From IMG/VR virus record IMGVR_UViG_3300028603_000041, positions 5,998-69,997 of that record: 64,000 nt of DNA, one strand, 5' to 3'. The position numbers and the translations under genes were made by a program. The stretch's first letter is position 1, and each line of letters begins with the position of its first letter. Under the pieces are notes generated by a model that did no database searches, was not told the DNA's origin, and saw nothing but the letters and a program-made list of their open reading frames with translations. The stretch comes from a virus (Duplodnaviria > Caudoviricetes). Of this stretch, positions 16,832 to 25,625 are shown one piece after another.

Positions 16832-17274
16832 TTAGTTCTCCCATCTATGAAGACGTGAGCTTTGTATTCTGCCCAACTGTCTGGTGTTTCAGTCACCCGC
16901 AACCGTTCCAGCCTGCATCCATCCGGCAGAGCTGCTTCAATGTTTTGTGTCAGCCATCCGCATATTGTTTCCGCAGTAGCAGGTCTGTAGTAAGATCCAT
17001 CTGTTTCTTTACGGAACCTACCAGCACAGAAAGCCAGAGGACCGGTAACAAAGAACTCAGTCAGATCCTTATGATCTAGCTCCAACAATAACCCATTCAC
17101 AATAGCTTTGAGTTTACTGAAATCGATCACCATAGTTGGATAACCGTTCTCATCCCAGCCTGCGATCTCTACTTCTACCTCAGCGTTATGGCCGTGAAAA
17201 TCAGCGCATTTCCCGTCATAACCAGGCAACCTGTGCCCGTAACAAAAGCTGAATTTCTTGGTTACTGTGATCAT
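16828..17274 (-). CDS. queD: 6-carboxytetrahydropterin synthase
   Basis: FCYGHRL, CADFHGHN, IDFSKLK, LDHKDL, TAETI, VTETPDSWA. Confidence 0.95.
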   Translation of the reverse strand: MITVTKKFSFCYGHRLPGYDGKCADFHGHNAEVEVEIAGWDENGYPTMVIDFSKLKAIVNGLLLELDHKDLTEFFVTGPLAFCAGRFRKETDGSYYRPATAETICGWLTQNIEAALPDGCRLERLRVTETPDSWAEYKAHVFIDGRTK

Positions 17275-18791
17275 CTTTCATTCCTCCTCAACCAAAAGCT
17301 GCCTAGGTTTGGCATACCACGCTGCAAGCAATGATACACCACAACCTGATCCTTTATGTCAAACTCATCATCCCTGCTGATCAAAGGATTCATCCGCCAC
17401 CATCCCTTCCGCTTATCGTGCTCATCCTGGTTGATTCCGAAACCATCTGTTGGATGTGCCTTTTTCCGCTTGTCCTCCCCGAAGTGTTTTGGCTTCAGCA
17501 ACCTGCTCTGTTGTCCTTCCTGGTTCGCCTGGGTTACAGCCACAACCGCACATTGCCACTTCTGGCTGAACCTTCGCAAAGCCTTCCACTTCGCATTCTC
17601 TTGATGCCGGTACTCTCTACCACTCCCAGGCTCAGGAGCACAAATGTCGGGATAATCTACCACTACCAAACCAGCCTTCCATCCTCTGTACTCCCAAAGC
17701 CTGGTCTGTACTTCATCCATTTGCCCAACCGTTGCGGTATCATTCTGATAGGTTTCCAGCATGAATCTGTTAGGATGCGCTCTATCGTATTTTCCCCACA
17801 CCGCAAAGGCTTCATCCAAGGTGAGCTGAGGACAGGGAGGGATTTGCTCCCACCAGGTGGTAGGCCTGAAGTCCCTGCAAGCAGTGCAAGGCTTCCACCA
17901 TTCCCCCACCTTCCCAAAGCTCATCAGCTTAGGATACGGTTTACTGTCCTCCTCCACTATGCCTTCGTTCATTTCCCTTTCTGGCTTTGTGCACTCGTTT
18001 GCCTGGTTTAACCTGCAGTCCAGCACTGGCGCAAGCTGCGCTCCACAATACTTCCCGCGGATGTTGCGGCCGGTTAGCTGAATGCTCATTCTTGCTAATT
18101 TTTGCGAACGGGAAAGGTCCCCGCATTGAAAGGTAAGTACGTTCACCCCTGCCTTTATAGCTCCAAATTCGATAGCTTGCAGTAACCATGTTTTGCCTAC
18201 CTTCTCCCCGCCCAATAGCACGATAAAGCTGTCAGGCACAATCAGTTCCCCAATCATTTCCTGAAATGCTCCACCCAACCGCACTAATGAATCTGATCTT
18301 GCTTGGAAAGCTTCCGCCAGGGCTTCCCTGCACTTGGCTGGGTTGATAGCCGTGATCTCCACGATGCGTTTTGGCTTCATGGTTTCCCACAGCTCCCTGG
18401 CCTGCTCCAGGTTGTTTGCCTCAGCCGCGGCTTCAACCTCTATGGTACGCTTTAGAATGGTCTCAAGTTCCAGGTAATCGCTCGTCATCTTCAGGAGGGT
18501 ATCGGTGTCTGGCATGGCGGCTTCACCCTGCAGCAGATCACTTACCCGCTCAAGCACTCCCGCCAGATCCTCCCGCACTTCATCATCCAGTGGAGCCGCA
18601 GCCCAAAGCAGCTCGATGTTAGACCCTGGAGCTTCTCCTTTTTCCTCCAGCCACTTAAAACACTCCTCAGCCAGCCACAGCCACCCTGGTCCGACCAGGC
18701 TTGGGTCCCATAACTGTCTCAATCCCCGCAAATAGATCGAATCCGTCACCGTTGCCGCCATCATCCTCAGAACCAGTTCTCGCCGCTCCAT
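17271..18791 (-). CDS. dnaB: DnaB-like replicative helicase
   Basis: GGEKVGKT, VVDYPD, AVTQAN. Confidence 0.82.
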   Translation of the reverse strand: MERRELVLRMMAATVTDSIYLRGLRQLWDPSLVGPGWLWLAEECFKWLEEKGEAPGSNIELLWAAAPLDDEVREDLAGVLERVSDLLQGEAAMPDTDTLLKMTSDYLELETILKRTIEVEAAAEANNLEQARELWETMKPKRIVEITAINPAKCREALAEAFQARSDSLVRLGGAFQEMIGELIVPDSFIVLLGGEKVGKTWLLQAIEFGAIKAGVNVLTFQCGDLSRSQKLARMSIQLTGRNIRGKYCGAQLAPVLDCRLNQANECTKPEREMNEGIVEEDSKPYPKLMSFGKVGEWWKPCTACRDFRPTTWWEQIPPCPQLTLDEAFAVWGKYDRAHPNRFMLETYQNDTATVGQMDEVQTRLWEYRGWKAGLVVVDYPDICAPEPGSGREYRHQENAKWKALRRFSQKWQCAVVAVTQANQEGQQSRLLKPKHFGEDKRKKAHPTDGFGINQDEHDKRKGWWRMNPLISRDDEFDIKDQVVVYHCLQRGMPNLGSFWLRRNER

Positions 18792-19099
18792 TTCCGCCAG
18801 CCCCCTTGTCCTTTTCGTACCTGAGCATGTTTCAGCATAATTTTATCGATCTTTTTGTCCCTGATAGCTTCACGGAGTACTCCAGGATCAAGGCCGATCA
18901 CCTCACAGCAGTACCGGTAGCTGCCAATGTAATAGGCATCACTGAAGAACCATCCCTCAGCCTTGGCTGAAACATGCTGTTTCTGTTGCTGTAAGTATTT
19001 GGACTGGGCTACGTAGGTTTGTGAATCATATCCATGCACTTTGGGGAAGTACATATCCCTCAGTGCGTTAAAGATGCAGCTCTCCTGTTGTTCTTCCAT
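18767..19099 (-). CDS. hypothetical protein
   Basis: 110-aa ORF coupled to its neighbours. Confidence 0.5.
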   Translation of the reverse strand: MEEQQESCIFNALRDMYFPKVHGYDSQTYVAQSKYLQQQKQHVSAKAEGWFFSDAYYIGSYRYCCEVIGLDPGVLREAIRDKKIDKIMLKHAQVRKGQGGWRKWSGENWF

Positions 19100-19702
19100 C
19101 TACTTGGTCTCCTTTCTTGTCAGCCTCCTGTCCTGCCCTTCAGCCTTTATCACCTGGCACATATGCTGCAGCCTGTGAGCTATGCGCTCGCTGAGATTAT
19201 TTGCCAGATGTTCAAGGTCGAGATTGCTTGCAATGTAGGTGATCAACATCTCGTTATAGCGATGATTCAGGATGCCCGCGATGGTGCCCAAAGTCCAGTC
19301 GGTTATCCGTTCCATCCCTAAGTCGTCGATGGCAAGAATTGGCATTTCCTTGTAATAGGTGACAGCAGAATCCACAGCAGCCTCATTCTGCCCTTTGAAC
19401 CCGGACTTGATGTTTTCAAATAGATCATCTGCTGTGATAAATAAACAGCCTCTTTTATCCCATCGGCTAAGAGCCCTTTCCTTCACCATGGCACAGAGCA
19501 AGTGAGTCTTGCCCCTGCCGACAGGCCCGTGAATGTAGTAGGAGGCTTCCTGCTCAAAGCTTTCATTCATAGCTGGGAATTGTTCCAGGTCTGCTTCCAA
19601 GTAGCGTTTTGGTATCCCTACCTTGGTCAGCCTTGTAAGTACCAGTTCTGGTCGATGGAATCCCCGCTCCCGCCAATGCCTTTCTTCTGGATCGTACTGC
19701 AT
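19100..19702 (-). CDS. DnaC/IstB-like helicase loader ATPase
   Basis: HGPVGRGKTHL, LAIDDLG, LNHRYN, IASNL. Confidence 0.9.
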   Translation of the reverse strand: MQYDPEERHWRERGFHRPELVLTRLTKVGIPKRYLEADLEQFPAMNESFEQEASYYIHGPVGRGKTHLLCAMVKERALSRWDKRGCLFITADDLFENIKSGFKGQNEAAVDSAVTYYKEMPILAIDDLGMERITDWTLGTIAGILNHRYNEMLITYIASNLDLEHLANNLSERIAHRLQHMCQVIKAEGQDRRLTRKETK

Positions 19703-19715
19703 GCTCTTTTCTCCC

Positions 19716-20624
19716 TTAAATCGTTAGATCAACTCTTCGGAACACGCTAGGGTCGGTGCGCTCTGTTATGGTGGCATTCTGTTGTGGATATCGTTTGCCG
19801 TTGCCGTTGCTGGTCTTTGGAAAGATCCCCCGCCAGTTGTTGGTTATGGAGTGATCTATCGCTTCAACCCAGCTGGTGGGGCAGGTACCGAGCTGCTTCA
19901 GTAGTTGGGCTATCTTCTTTTTTAGGCCAGTATCAGTGTAACGCGGGGCGTTGTGCTGGGCGCGGTGGTCACAATAATCTTTCCAAGCTTTGTGGAACGC
20001 CCTATCATTCGCAAGTTCTTGTGGAAACAGCTTGAGCTGTCTGCGCCACACTGGCTCGGTCTTTTTCTTTGGAGAGGATGTTTCTTTATCTTCAGGAGTA
20101 GAGCCAATATCTCCATTGGCTCCCCCGTATGTATTTATACTATTATTACTTAAAGCATTTAATTTATCAGTACTTAAAGCATTTCCCTCCGGATTTTCTA
20201 CACTGTAGAAATTTCTACCCTGTAGAAAATCGTTAGGGTAGTATTTCTCCTCTGTAGCCCTGCTACATATGAAGTTTACCTGGATATACCAGCCAACTAT
20301 ACGGCTGTTAGTTTCCTTGTCGCGGGCTGGCACATCTTGTACTAGACCAAGCTCTTTCAGCACGTTCTTTGCTGATCGAACCCTGGCTTCAGGCCATTTC
20401 AGACCTTTTGCCGCATAGCCTGTGGTTGCTTTCGGTTTGTTGGTTTTCTGCCATTTGGCCGTGTAGTAATAGAAGGTGTAAAGAGCTATCAAGTCGGCCG
20501 GTTTATCCTGCTGCAGCAACTTGTCTAATGTAGCCTTGAACAGGATGATCGGTTCTTGATCCAAGTCGTATGAGTATTCTGCCGGTTGATTAGTCGGGTT
20601 GGTTCTTTCCTTCTTGTCTCCCAT
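19716..20624 (-). CDS. replication initiator protein (lambda O-like architecture)
   Basis: N-terminal HTH, repeat-containing linker, C-terminal AIDHSITNNWRGIF; directly upstream of DnaC. Confidence 0.72.
   Translation of the reverse strand: MGDKKERTNPTNQPAEYSYDLDQEPIILFKATLDKLLQQDKPADLIALYTFYYYTAKWQKTNKPKATTGYAAKGLKWPEARVRSAKNVLKELGLVQDVPARDKETNSRIVGWYIQVNFICSRATEEKYYPNDFLQGRNFYSVENPEGNALSTDKLNALSNNSINTYGGANGDIGSTPEDKETSSPKKKTEPVWRRQLKLFPQELANDRAFHKAWKDYCDHRAQHNAPRYTDTGLKKKIAQLLKQLGTCPTSWVEAIDHSITNNWRGIFPKTSNGNGKRYPQQNATITERTDPSVFRRVDLTI
20151..20228. repeat. iteron-like repeats (putative origin) inside the initiator gene
   Basis: two tandem palindromes TTTCTAC-NCT-GTAGAAA (20195-20211, 20212-20228) and two TAAAGCATTT copies (20151, 20175). 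Confidence 0.6.
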
Positions 20625-20775
20625 AACCCCAAGTCCCCCAAAGAATGTAGGTGCACTGCAATATACGACTGATCCACCCCCGGACCAGTTAAATATCTAG
20701 CTGAGAACAAATGGAATTTAAATTTTTTTGTTTTGGCTGTTTGCATTTACGGCCCCGATTATTGGAGAAGAGGCA

Positions 20776-20859
20776 AAGGAGGGAGGCTTCGTATCAATGA
20801 TGTAATCGGGAACATCATTAATCCACGGGTGCCTAGTCCGTGTTTTCCACCCCCTCCTT
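20776..20859 (-). other. putative structured leader RNA upstream of the initiator
   Basis: outer stem AAGGAGGG/CCCTCCTT enclosing hairpins AATGATGT/ACATCATT and CACGG/CCGTG. Confidence 0.4.
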
Positions 20860-20872
20860 CATTATCGCAGTT

Positions 20873-20901
20873 ATTATATTATAACTCCTTTTAAAGTTAA
20901 A
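20873..20901 (-). promoter_or_regulatory. sigma70-type promoter for the replication operon
   Basis: TTTAAC-N17-TATAAT on the minus strand. Confidence 0.6.
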
Positions 20902-21112
20902 GCTTTTTTTTATCCTTTAATTTCAACCGTTTACCGGCCATCAGCGTTTTCGTCCTCTCCAAATCCCTGGCATAGTGCTGGCACCTTAATTCAGCGGGTA
21001 ACCTCCCGTTCCACCCGCCAGCTCTCATCTTCGGGGTCCAGTAGGAACAGAAGATAGCAGTGGACAATCCGTCGCTGATGTTGTTCTTGCAGCTCCTGCA
21101 GTTCTCTTCCAC
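20897..21112 (-). CDS. small Cys-containing hypothetical protein
   Basis: CRSC..FC..RC pattern, RBS GGAAGG. Confidence 0.55.
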   Translation of the reverse strand: MEENCRSCKNNISDGLSTAIFCSYWTPKMRAGGWNGRLPAELRCQHYARDLERTKTLMAGKRLKLKDKKKL

Positions 21113-21127
21113 ATCACACCTTCCTTT

Positions 21128-21319
21128 TTACAACGGTCTTTCTAACCTTTCCAACCAGCTCGGTGGAGTGGCCCCACAGTTCATGCACCGTTTTGGGTAG
21201 AAGGGGAGCAGTAGTATCCACAACCCACCTGTCAGAACTACCATAATGATGGTACCGACCCCCAACTTGCGAGAAAACCCACGTATTTGTTGGCAGTTGA
21301 AACACTTTTGCATTTTCAT
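21128..21319 (-). CDS. Zn-ribbon / membrane-hairpin small protein (LITAF-like architecture)
   Basis: CFNC - hydrophobic GTIIMVVLTGGLWILLLPFYP - CMNC. Confidence 0.6.
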   Translation of the reverse strand: MKMQKCFNCQQIRGFSRKLGVGTIIMVVLTGGLWILLLPFYPKRCMNCGATPPSWLERLERPL

Positions 21320-22278
21320 CCCAACATCACCTCCTTTCTCTCTTCCTCACTTAGATCAGCCGGGTCTTTGCCCTTTGGCAGAGCAACGTTCCTTACTAAC
21401 ACTCCCCGATCCTCCAACGCCGTCTTTATCCGCCTTGCCTGCAGCTTAGCGGCTGGCTCAGGGTCCAGCACTAGATCGACCTCTTCAAACCTTTCAGCCA
21501 GCAACCTCACTTGCGGTTCCCGATACTTGATGCCAAAGCAGGCTACCGCTCCTGCGCCAAGGCTCCAAACATCTGTCACGCCCTCAACCAGCCTGCCTTT
21601 CTTCAGGCCGTCTGCTAGATCCATGCCGTACAGGATCTCTTTGTGGAACACACTTTCAAGCTCCTTTGGGCAGGTGATGTACTTCAGCTTGCTCTTACCA
21701 GTCCAGTCCCTACACTGCCAGCTAACCACTTTTCCTTTCCAGATGATCGGTACAACTATCCGGTAGCTCAGATCGAGCTTTCTGCCGCCTTGCAGCTCCA
21801 CTCCTGCTCCTGGCCCCGCGGCTTCTACTCCCCACTCTTCAGCCAGAAGCTTTGGATCGAACCCCCTTTTCTCCAGGTACCTGCAAGCTCCTTTCAGGCC
21901 AAACAAAGGCTTTGTGCCTGGCGGTAGTGGTATGCCGCGGATGATTTTAGCTGGTTTTGGCTTCTGTGGTGGAGGCAGATAAGAGCTACCGCCATAAGTA
22001 GTGAGAATGTTCCTTGCTTCATTCTCAGGTACCTTCAGCAGCTTAATGAGTACATCCACTGCTTTCTTACCACCACACCGCCAGCAAATGAACCTGCCGT
22101 AAAACGAACTCCTCAGATCCAGGCAGTAGCCGAGATGGTTGCCCGGCCTGCCGCTACCGTAGCAGAACGGGCACGGGATATTGATCCACCCATGCCGGTA
22201 GTGCCTTTGTCCTGGGGCAGCGTAGGGAACGTTGAAGTCTTGGTAAAGTTTGATGATGTTCATTTTGTTCCGTCCCAA
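21316..22278 (-). CDS. DNA primase (Zn finger + TOPRIM)
   Basis: CPFC..CWRC, VEGVTD, DPEPAA, GKDPAD. Confidence 0.88.
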   Translation of the reverse strand: MGRNKMNIIKLYQDFNVPYAAPGQRHYRHGWINIPCPFCYGSGRPGNHLGYCLDLRSSFYGRFICWRCGGKKAVDVLIKLLKVPENEARNILTTYGGSSYLPPPQKPKPAKIIRGIPLPPGTKPLFGLKGACRYLEKRGFDPKLLAEEWGVEAAGPGAGVELQGGRKLDLSYRIVVPIIWKGKVVSWQCRDWTGKSKLKYITCPKELESVFHKEILYGMDLADGLKKGRLVEGVTDVWSLGAGAVACFGIKYREPQVRLLAERFEEVDLVLDPEPAAKLQARRIKTALEDRGVLVRNVALPKGKDPADLSEEERKEVMLG

Positions 22279-22682
22279 ATAATTGGAACGGTTTCAGGGT
22301 TCGGGCACGACCAGTTCCACCACCAGATTTGTTGCCGCTTTAGTACATAGCACCAGCCCCCCTGAAATCCAGGCGCGAAAATTATCATTGCACGAGTTTC
22401 TCCGGTAACTGCATAGGCTTTGTATTCTTTTCTTGTGCTATCAAATCCATTCTGTTCCCAACTGGAGAATAGGGCCACTGCTATCTTGATGGCCTCATCG
22501 GCAGTTTTGATTATTTTGGCTTCGTTTGCCTTTAGCTCTTCACTCAGGTTGGCTCCGTACAGGTTGGCTCCGTACAGGTCAGCTCTCTGTTTGACAAGCA
22601 TTTTTACAGCATGTTTGATGCTATCTGCTTCGATTTCGTATAGTATATTCCCATTTTTCCATAATTTGATGTGGTGCACCAT
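22260..22682 (-). CDS. hypothetical protein with a short pentapeptide-repeat remnant
   Basis: ADLYGANLYGANLSE encoded by 15-nt tandem repeats at 22546-22575; start ATG 22682 with GGAGGT. Confidence 0.6.
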   Translation of the reverse strand: MVHHIKLWKNGNILYEIEADSIKHAVKMLVKQRADLYGANLYGANLSEELKANEAKIIKTADEAIKIAVALFSSWEQNGFDSTRKEYKAYAVTGETRAMIIFAPGFQGGWCYVLKRQQIWWWNWSCPNPETVPIIWDGTK

Positions 22683-22683
22683 T

Positions 22684-22938
22684 TTATTCACCTCCGTTTC
22701 CATTCCGCATCCGGTTTATTCTCCTTGCCCTGCCGCTGTCTTCCTCAACCCACCTTTCACAGATCCTTTCAAGCTTGCAGTACTTCCTTTCGCACAGGCA
22801 GTAGTCCACAACCATGATGGTCTCGTACTTCGCAGGGTTTGGGTTGTAGCTCCTCTGGTTAGGGCAATCCAGGGGAGGGTTATCCAGATGTCCCCCCGGC
22901 GTCCTTGGGATAGTTAGTTTAGTGCGCGGCCTTTTCAT
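22684..22938 (-). CDS. small Cys-containing hypothetical protein
   Basis: 84-aa coupled ORF, CLCERKYCKLERIC. Confidence 0.45.
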   Translation of the reverse strand: MKRPRTKLTIPRTPGGHLDNPPLDCPNQRSYNPNPAKYETIMVVDYCLCERKYCKLERICERWVEEDSGRARRINRMRNGNGGE

Positions 22939-23120
22939 AAGGACGCCCTCCTTTGGTAGCTCTCAGCTGCCTCCTTCTCAGCCCCTTCCCCGCAGCACTG
23001 CAGCACCACTACCAGCTGCACCCATTCTGCGCTACAGCACTTCGGGCACCGCTTCATTTCCATTGCATCAAATACCGTGTCACAAGTACCGCACAGTACA
23101 GCTCTGCTCAACGGAATCAT
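22935..23120 (-). CDS. small Zn-ribbon protein
   Basis: CGTC..CPKC. Confidence 0.5.
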   Translation of the reverse strand: MIPLSRAVLCGTCDTVFDAMEMKRCPKCCSAEWVQLVVVLQCCGEGAEKEAAESYQRRASL

Positions 23121-23123
23121 TTT

Positions 23124-25193
23124 TTACCCCTCCAATGCTCTTCTGATAAGTTCTGTCAACATCGATCCTTCCTCAACATCCCTGCCATCCAGCACAGCAT
23201 CCAGCACCTCACGCTTTTCATCCAGGATGCCAGCGATTTCCTCCTCAATCGTATTTGCGGCCACAAGGTACCAGGCATTGCATTGCTCCTCCTGCCCGAT
23301 CCTGTGGATACGGTCCTCAGCCTGGTCATGTTCTCCGGGAGTCCAACCAAACTCTAGGAAAACCACGTTGCTCGCGGCAGTGAGGGTAAGGCCAACCCCT
23401 GCAGCCTTGATGTTCCCGATGAACAGCCGGCAGCTTGGATCATTTTGGAAACTATCCACTGCCTTCTGCCTGTTTTCCTGGCTAACCCTGCCATCCACCA
23501 CAACCGGGTTGTAATTCCTCAATTCCTCCTGCAGATAATCGATCATGGTGTGATGTACGGCAAATAATACCAGCTTGTCGTTAGCGTACAGGCTGTCTTT
23601 GATCCACTGCACAGCCATCTCTCGCTTGCCCTCTGCTGCGATCTGCTTCAAGTAGTTGAACCTTGTGAGGGCTTCCGCCTGAGCTGTTTTCTCAGCTCTA
23701 CCCTTACCAAACTTATCAGCTACCCAGCTTATAAGATCATTGTTTGCGGCAGCATATTCGTTCCGGTTGCTGATATCCATCGGCACAACCAGCCTGCGCT
23801 TGCTGGATAGGTCTTTCAAAACGTCCTCTTTCTTCCGCCGAAGCATGAGAACATTATTGATTTTCTCGTGCAGCTCTGCGGTATTGGTGGCTCCGGAAAC
23901 ATTCCACCCGTACCCGTCATGGTAGGCACCGCAGTACCTACGGGTGAACCGCATCCAAGAGTTGAAATTCAGAGGGTCCAGCATATTCAGTACCGTGAAG
24001 AACTCAACCGGCCTGTTTACAACCGGTGTCCCTGTCAGGAATATCTTGTGCTCGACGGCTTTTCCCAGCTCCTTAACGGCTTTGGTTCTCTGCGCCTTAT
24101 TGCTCTTGATGTAATGCGATTCGTCAACAATCATGACCTTGGGTGATTGCAGCTTGATAGCATCCAACCAGTTCGCCAGGATGTCATAGTTGATAACGAT
24201 GAGGTCCTTGTTCCATATTGTTTTGCGGTTGGCTTTCTTGCCCTGCGGCAGAGCAACCGTTACGTTCTTACCTAGCCATTTCCTTGCTTCCCTCTCCCAG
24301 TTGATCTTTAGGGATGCAGGAACAACGATAACGGCAGGCCTACATTCAGGGTGCAGCTTCAACCACCCTAGGGCTTGGATGGTTTTCCCTAATCCCATCG
24401 AATCTGCTATTAATCCATTCCCATTTTTTGCTTCTAACCACATCACCCCTTCTCTCTGAAACGGATACAAGCCAGTCATTTTTTCATCATGCAAGCCCAG
24501 CTTTTCTTCTATGAGTGGTCCTAAATTGTTAGCAGGAATAGGCGGAGCCAACAGTTCCTGGCATCGCTCATCCAGCTCGAAGCCGAGACTTTCAAGCAGT
24601 TTCAGGTTCTCGGTACTGGCCCAAGCGGACCAGAACTTCTTTTCCCCGTTCCACCTCCGCCCTTCCAGCTTCCGCACAGCATCGACAAGTTGCGGGTCGT
24701 AAGGGAATTTTACGATAACGAACTTGCCGGTCTGGTCTATGGAAGCGGTTTTGGTGGGCTTGTTGGTCGGCTTGTTACCGTTCAGCATCTTGTGGTCTGG
24801 AGGTATATTCACAATCTCATCGGTAGGATTGGAACTCTGGATGCTCCCGATTGGGAGCCAACAATCGACTTTGATATCGCTGATCATGCTCTGCAGTTGC
24901 ACAACATCGGCTGGATCAGGGTTTTCAAAGTTGAACCTGTTGGCTCTCTCTTCCCAGCCGTTGAATCCCATCCTTGTCAGGCACTCAGGCCCGATGCCGA
25001 TCAGGATGGAGCCGGGGTGGGTTAATCTGCGCCCGCAACGAATGCAGGCACCTTCAGGGTCAGTTGTGCCGTGGCCGTAAAGGTAAACGGCGCCCCTAGC
25101 AGTAGATGCAAGCTCTACCGCAATGAAAGTCCGCGGGATACCCTTGCTTTGGGCTAGTCCTGCGCTGATCGTGTACTGTTTAGCCTTGCTCAT
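23124..25193 (-). CDS. HARP/SMARCAL1-like SNF2 annealing helicase with N-terminal Zn-finger (DUF6011-like) domain
   Basis: CIRCGRRLTHPGSI..GIGPEC; HARP FPYDPQLVDAVRKLEGRRWN; DSMGLGKT, VDESHYIK, LTGTPVVNR, QAEDRIHRIGQ. Confidence 0.88.
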   Translation of the reverse strand: MSKAKQYTISAGLAQSKGIPRTFIAVELASTARGAVYLYGHGTTDPEGACIRCGRRLTHPGSILIGIGPECLTRMGFNGWEERANRFNFENPDPADVVQLQSMISDIKVDCWLPIGSIQSSNPTDEIVNIPPDHKMLNGNKPTNKPTKTASIDQTGKFVIVKFPYDPQLVDAVRKLEGRRWNGEKKFWSAWASTENLKLLESLGFELDERCQELLAPPIPANNLGPLIEEKLGLHDEKMTGLYPFQREGVMWLEAKNGNGLIADSMGLGKTIQALGWLKLHPECRPAVIVVPASLKINWEREARKWLGKNVTVALPQGKKANRKTIWNKDLIVINYDILANWLDAIKLQSPKVMIVDESHYIKSNKAQRTKAVKELGKAVEHKIFLTGTPVVNRPVEFFTVLNMLDPLNFNSWMRFTRRYCGAYHDGYGWNVSGATNTAELHEKINNVLMLRRKKEDVLKDLSSKRRLVVPMDISNRNEYAAANNDLISWVADKFGKGRAEKTAQAEALTRFNYLKQIAAEGKREMAVQWIKDSLYANDKLVLFAVHHTMIDYLQEELRNYNPVVVDGRVSQENRQKAVDSFQNDPSCRLFIGNIKAAGVGLTLTAASNVVFLEFGWTPGEHDQAEDRIHRIGQEEQCNAWYLVAANTIEEEIAGILDEKREVLDAVLDGRDVEEGSMLTELIRRALEG

Positions 25194-25302
25194 TTGATTC
25201 TCCCTTGTCCTTAGAGGGTTAGTACCGGGCCGGAGCCCGGTGTGTTGGGGGTTATTCGTTTCCATGCCTTTCAAGAGCTGAAAGGTCTGATGGTTGGTTG
25301 TC

Positions 25303-25563
25303 CTAGGAGTTAGCCAAGGTCTTGATCTCTTTCATCATGGAGTAGGTAAGCTCCTCCTCGTAGAACTTACCCCATTTGTAGTTAGGTCCACCTTTTCTGG
25401 TGTATTCATATTTGTGAATGAGGTCTTTTAATTCTTGACCCATGCTGCTCCACTTTCCGTTGCAGTGGATTTTGGCTGTTTTGCCGGTGGGGGATTTGAC
25501 TGTGAAGACGTTTTTCCAATCCCATCCGTCGAAACTTACTTGGCAGGTAGCTTTCTTTTCCAT
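25303..25563 (-). CDS. hypothetical protein, first gene of the early arm
   Basis: 86-aa ORF just downstream of the repeated promoter. Confidence 0.6.
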   Translation of the reverse strand: MEKKATCQVSFDGWDWKNVFTVKSPTGKTAKIHCNGKWSSMGQELKDLIHKYEYTRKGGPNYKWGKFYEEELTYSMMKEIKTLANS

Positions 25564-25625
25564 CTTCTCTCTCCATCTGTTTGTCCTTGCCCTTGGGTGA
25601 CTTAAAAATCCTAAACTGTTACCTA

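Noticed and set aside
17331-18011. Long antisense ORFs in the track (e.g. 17331-18011, 36189-36878, 37204-38328, 43176-43925, 44520-45494, 49810-50529)
   Set aside because: They shadow well-supported genes on the opposite strand and show no recognisable motifs.
20525-20746. 73-aa minus-strand ORF upstream of the initiator
   Set aside because: Overlaps the initiator by 100 nt, has a weak RBS and no motif; more likely leader sequence.
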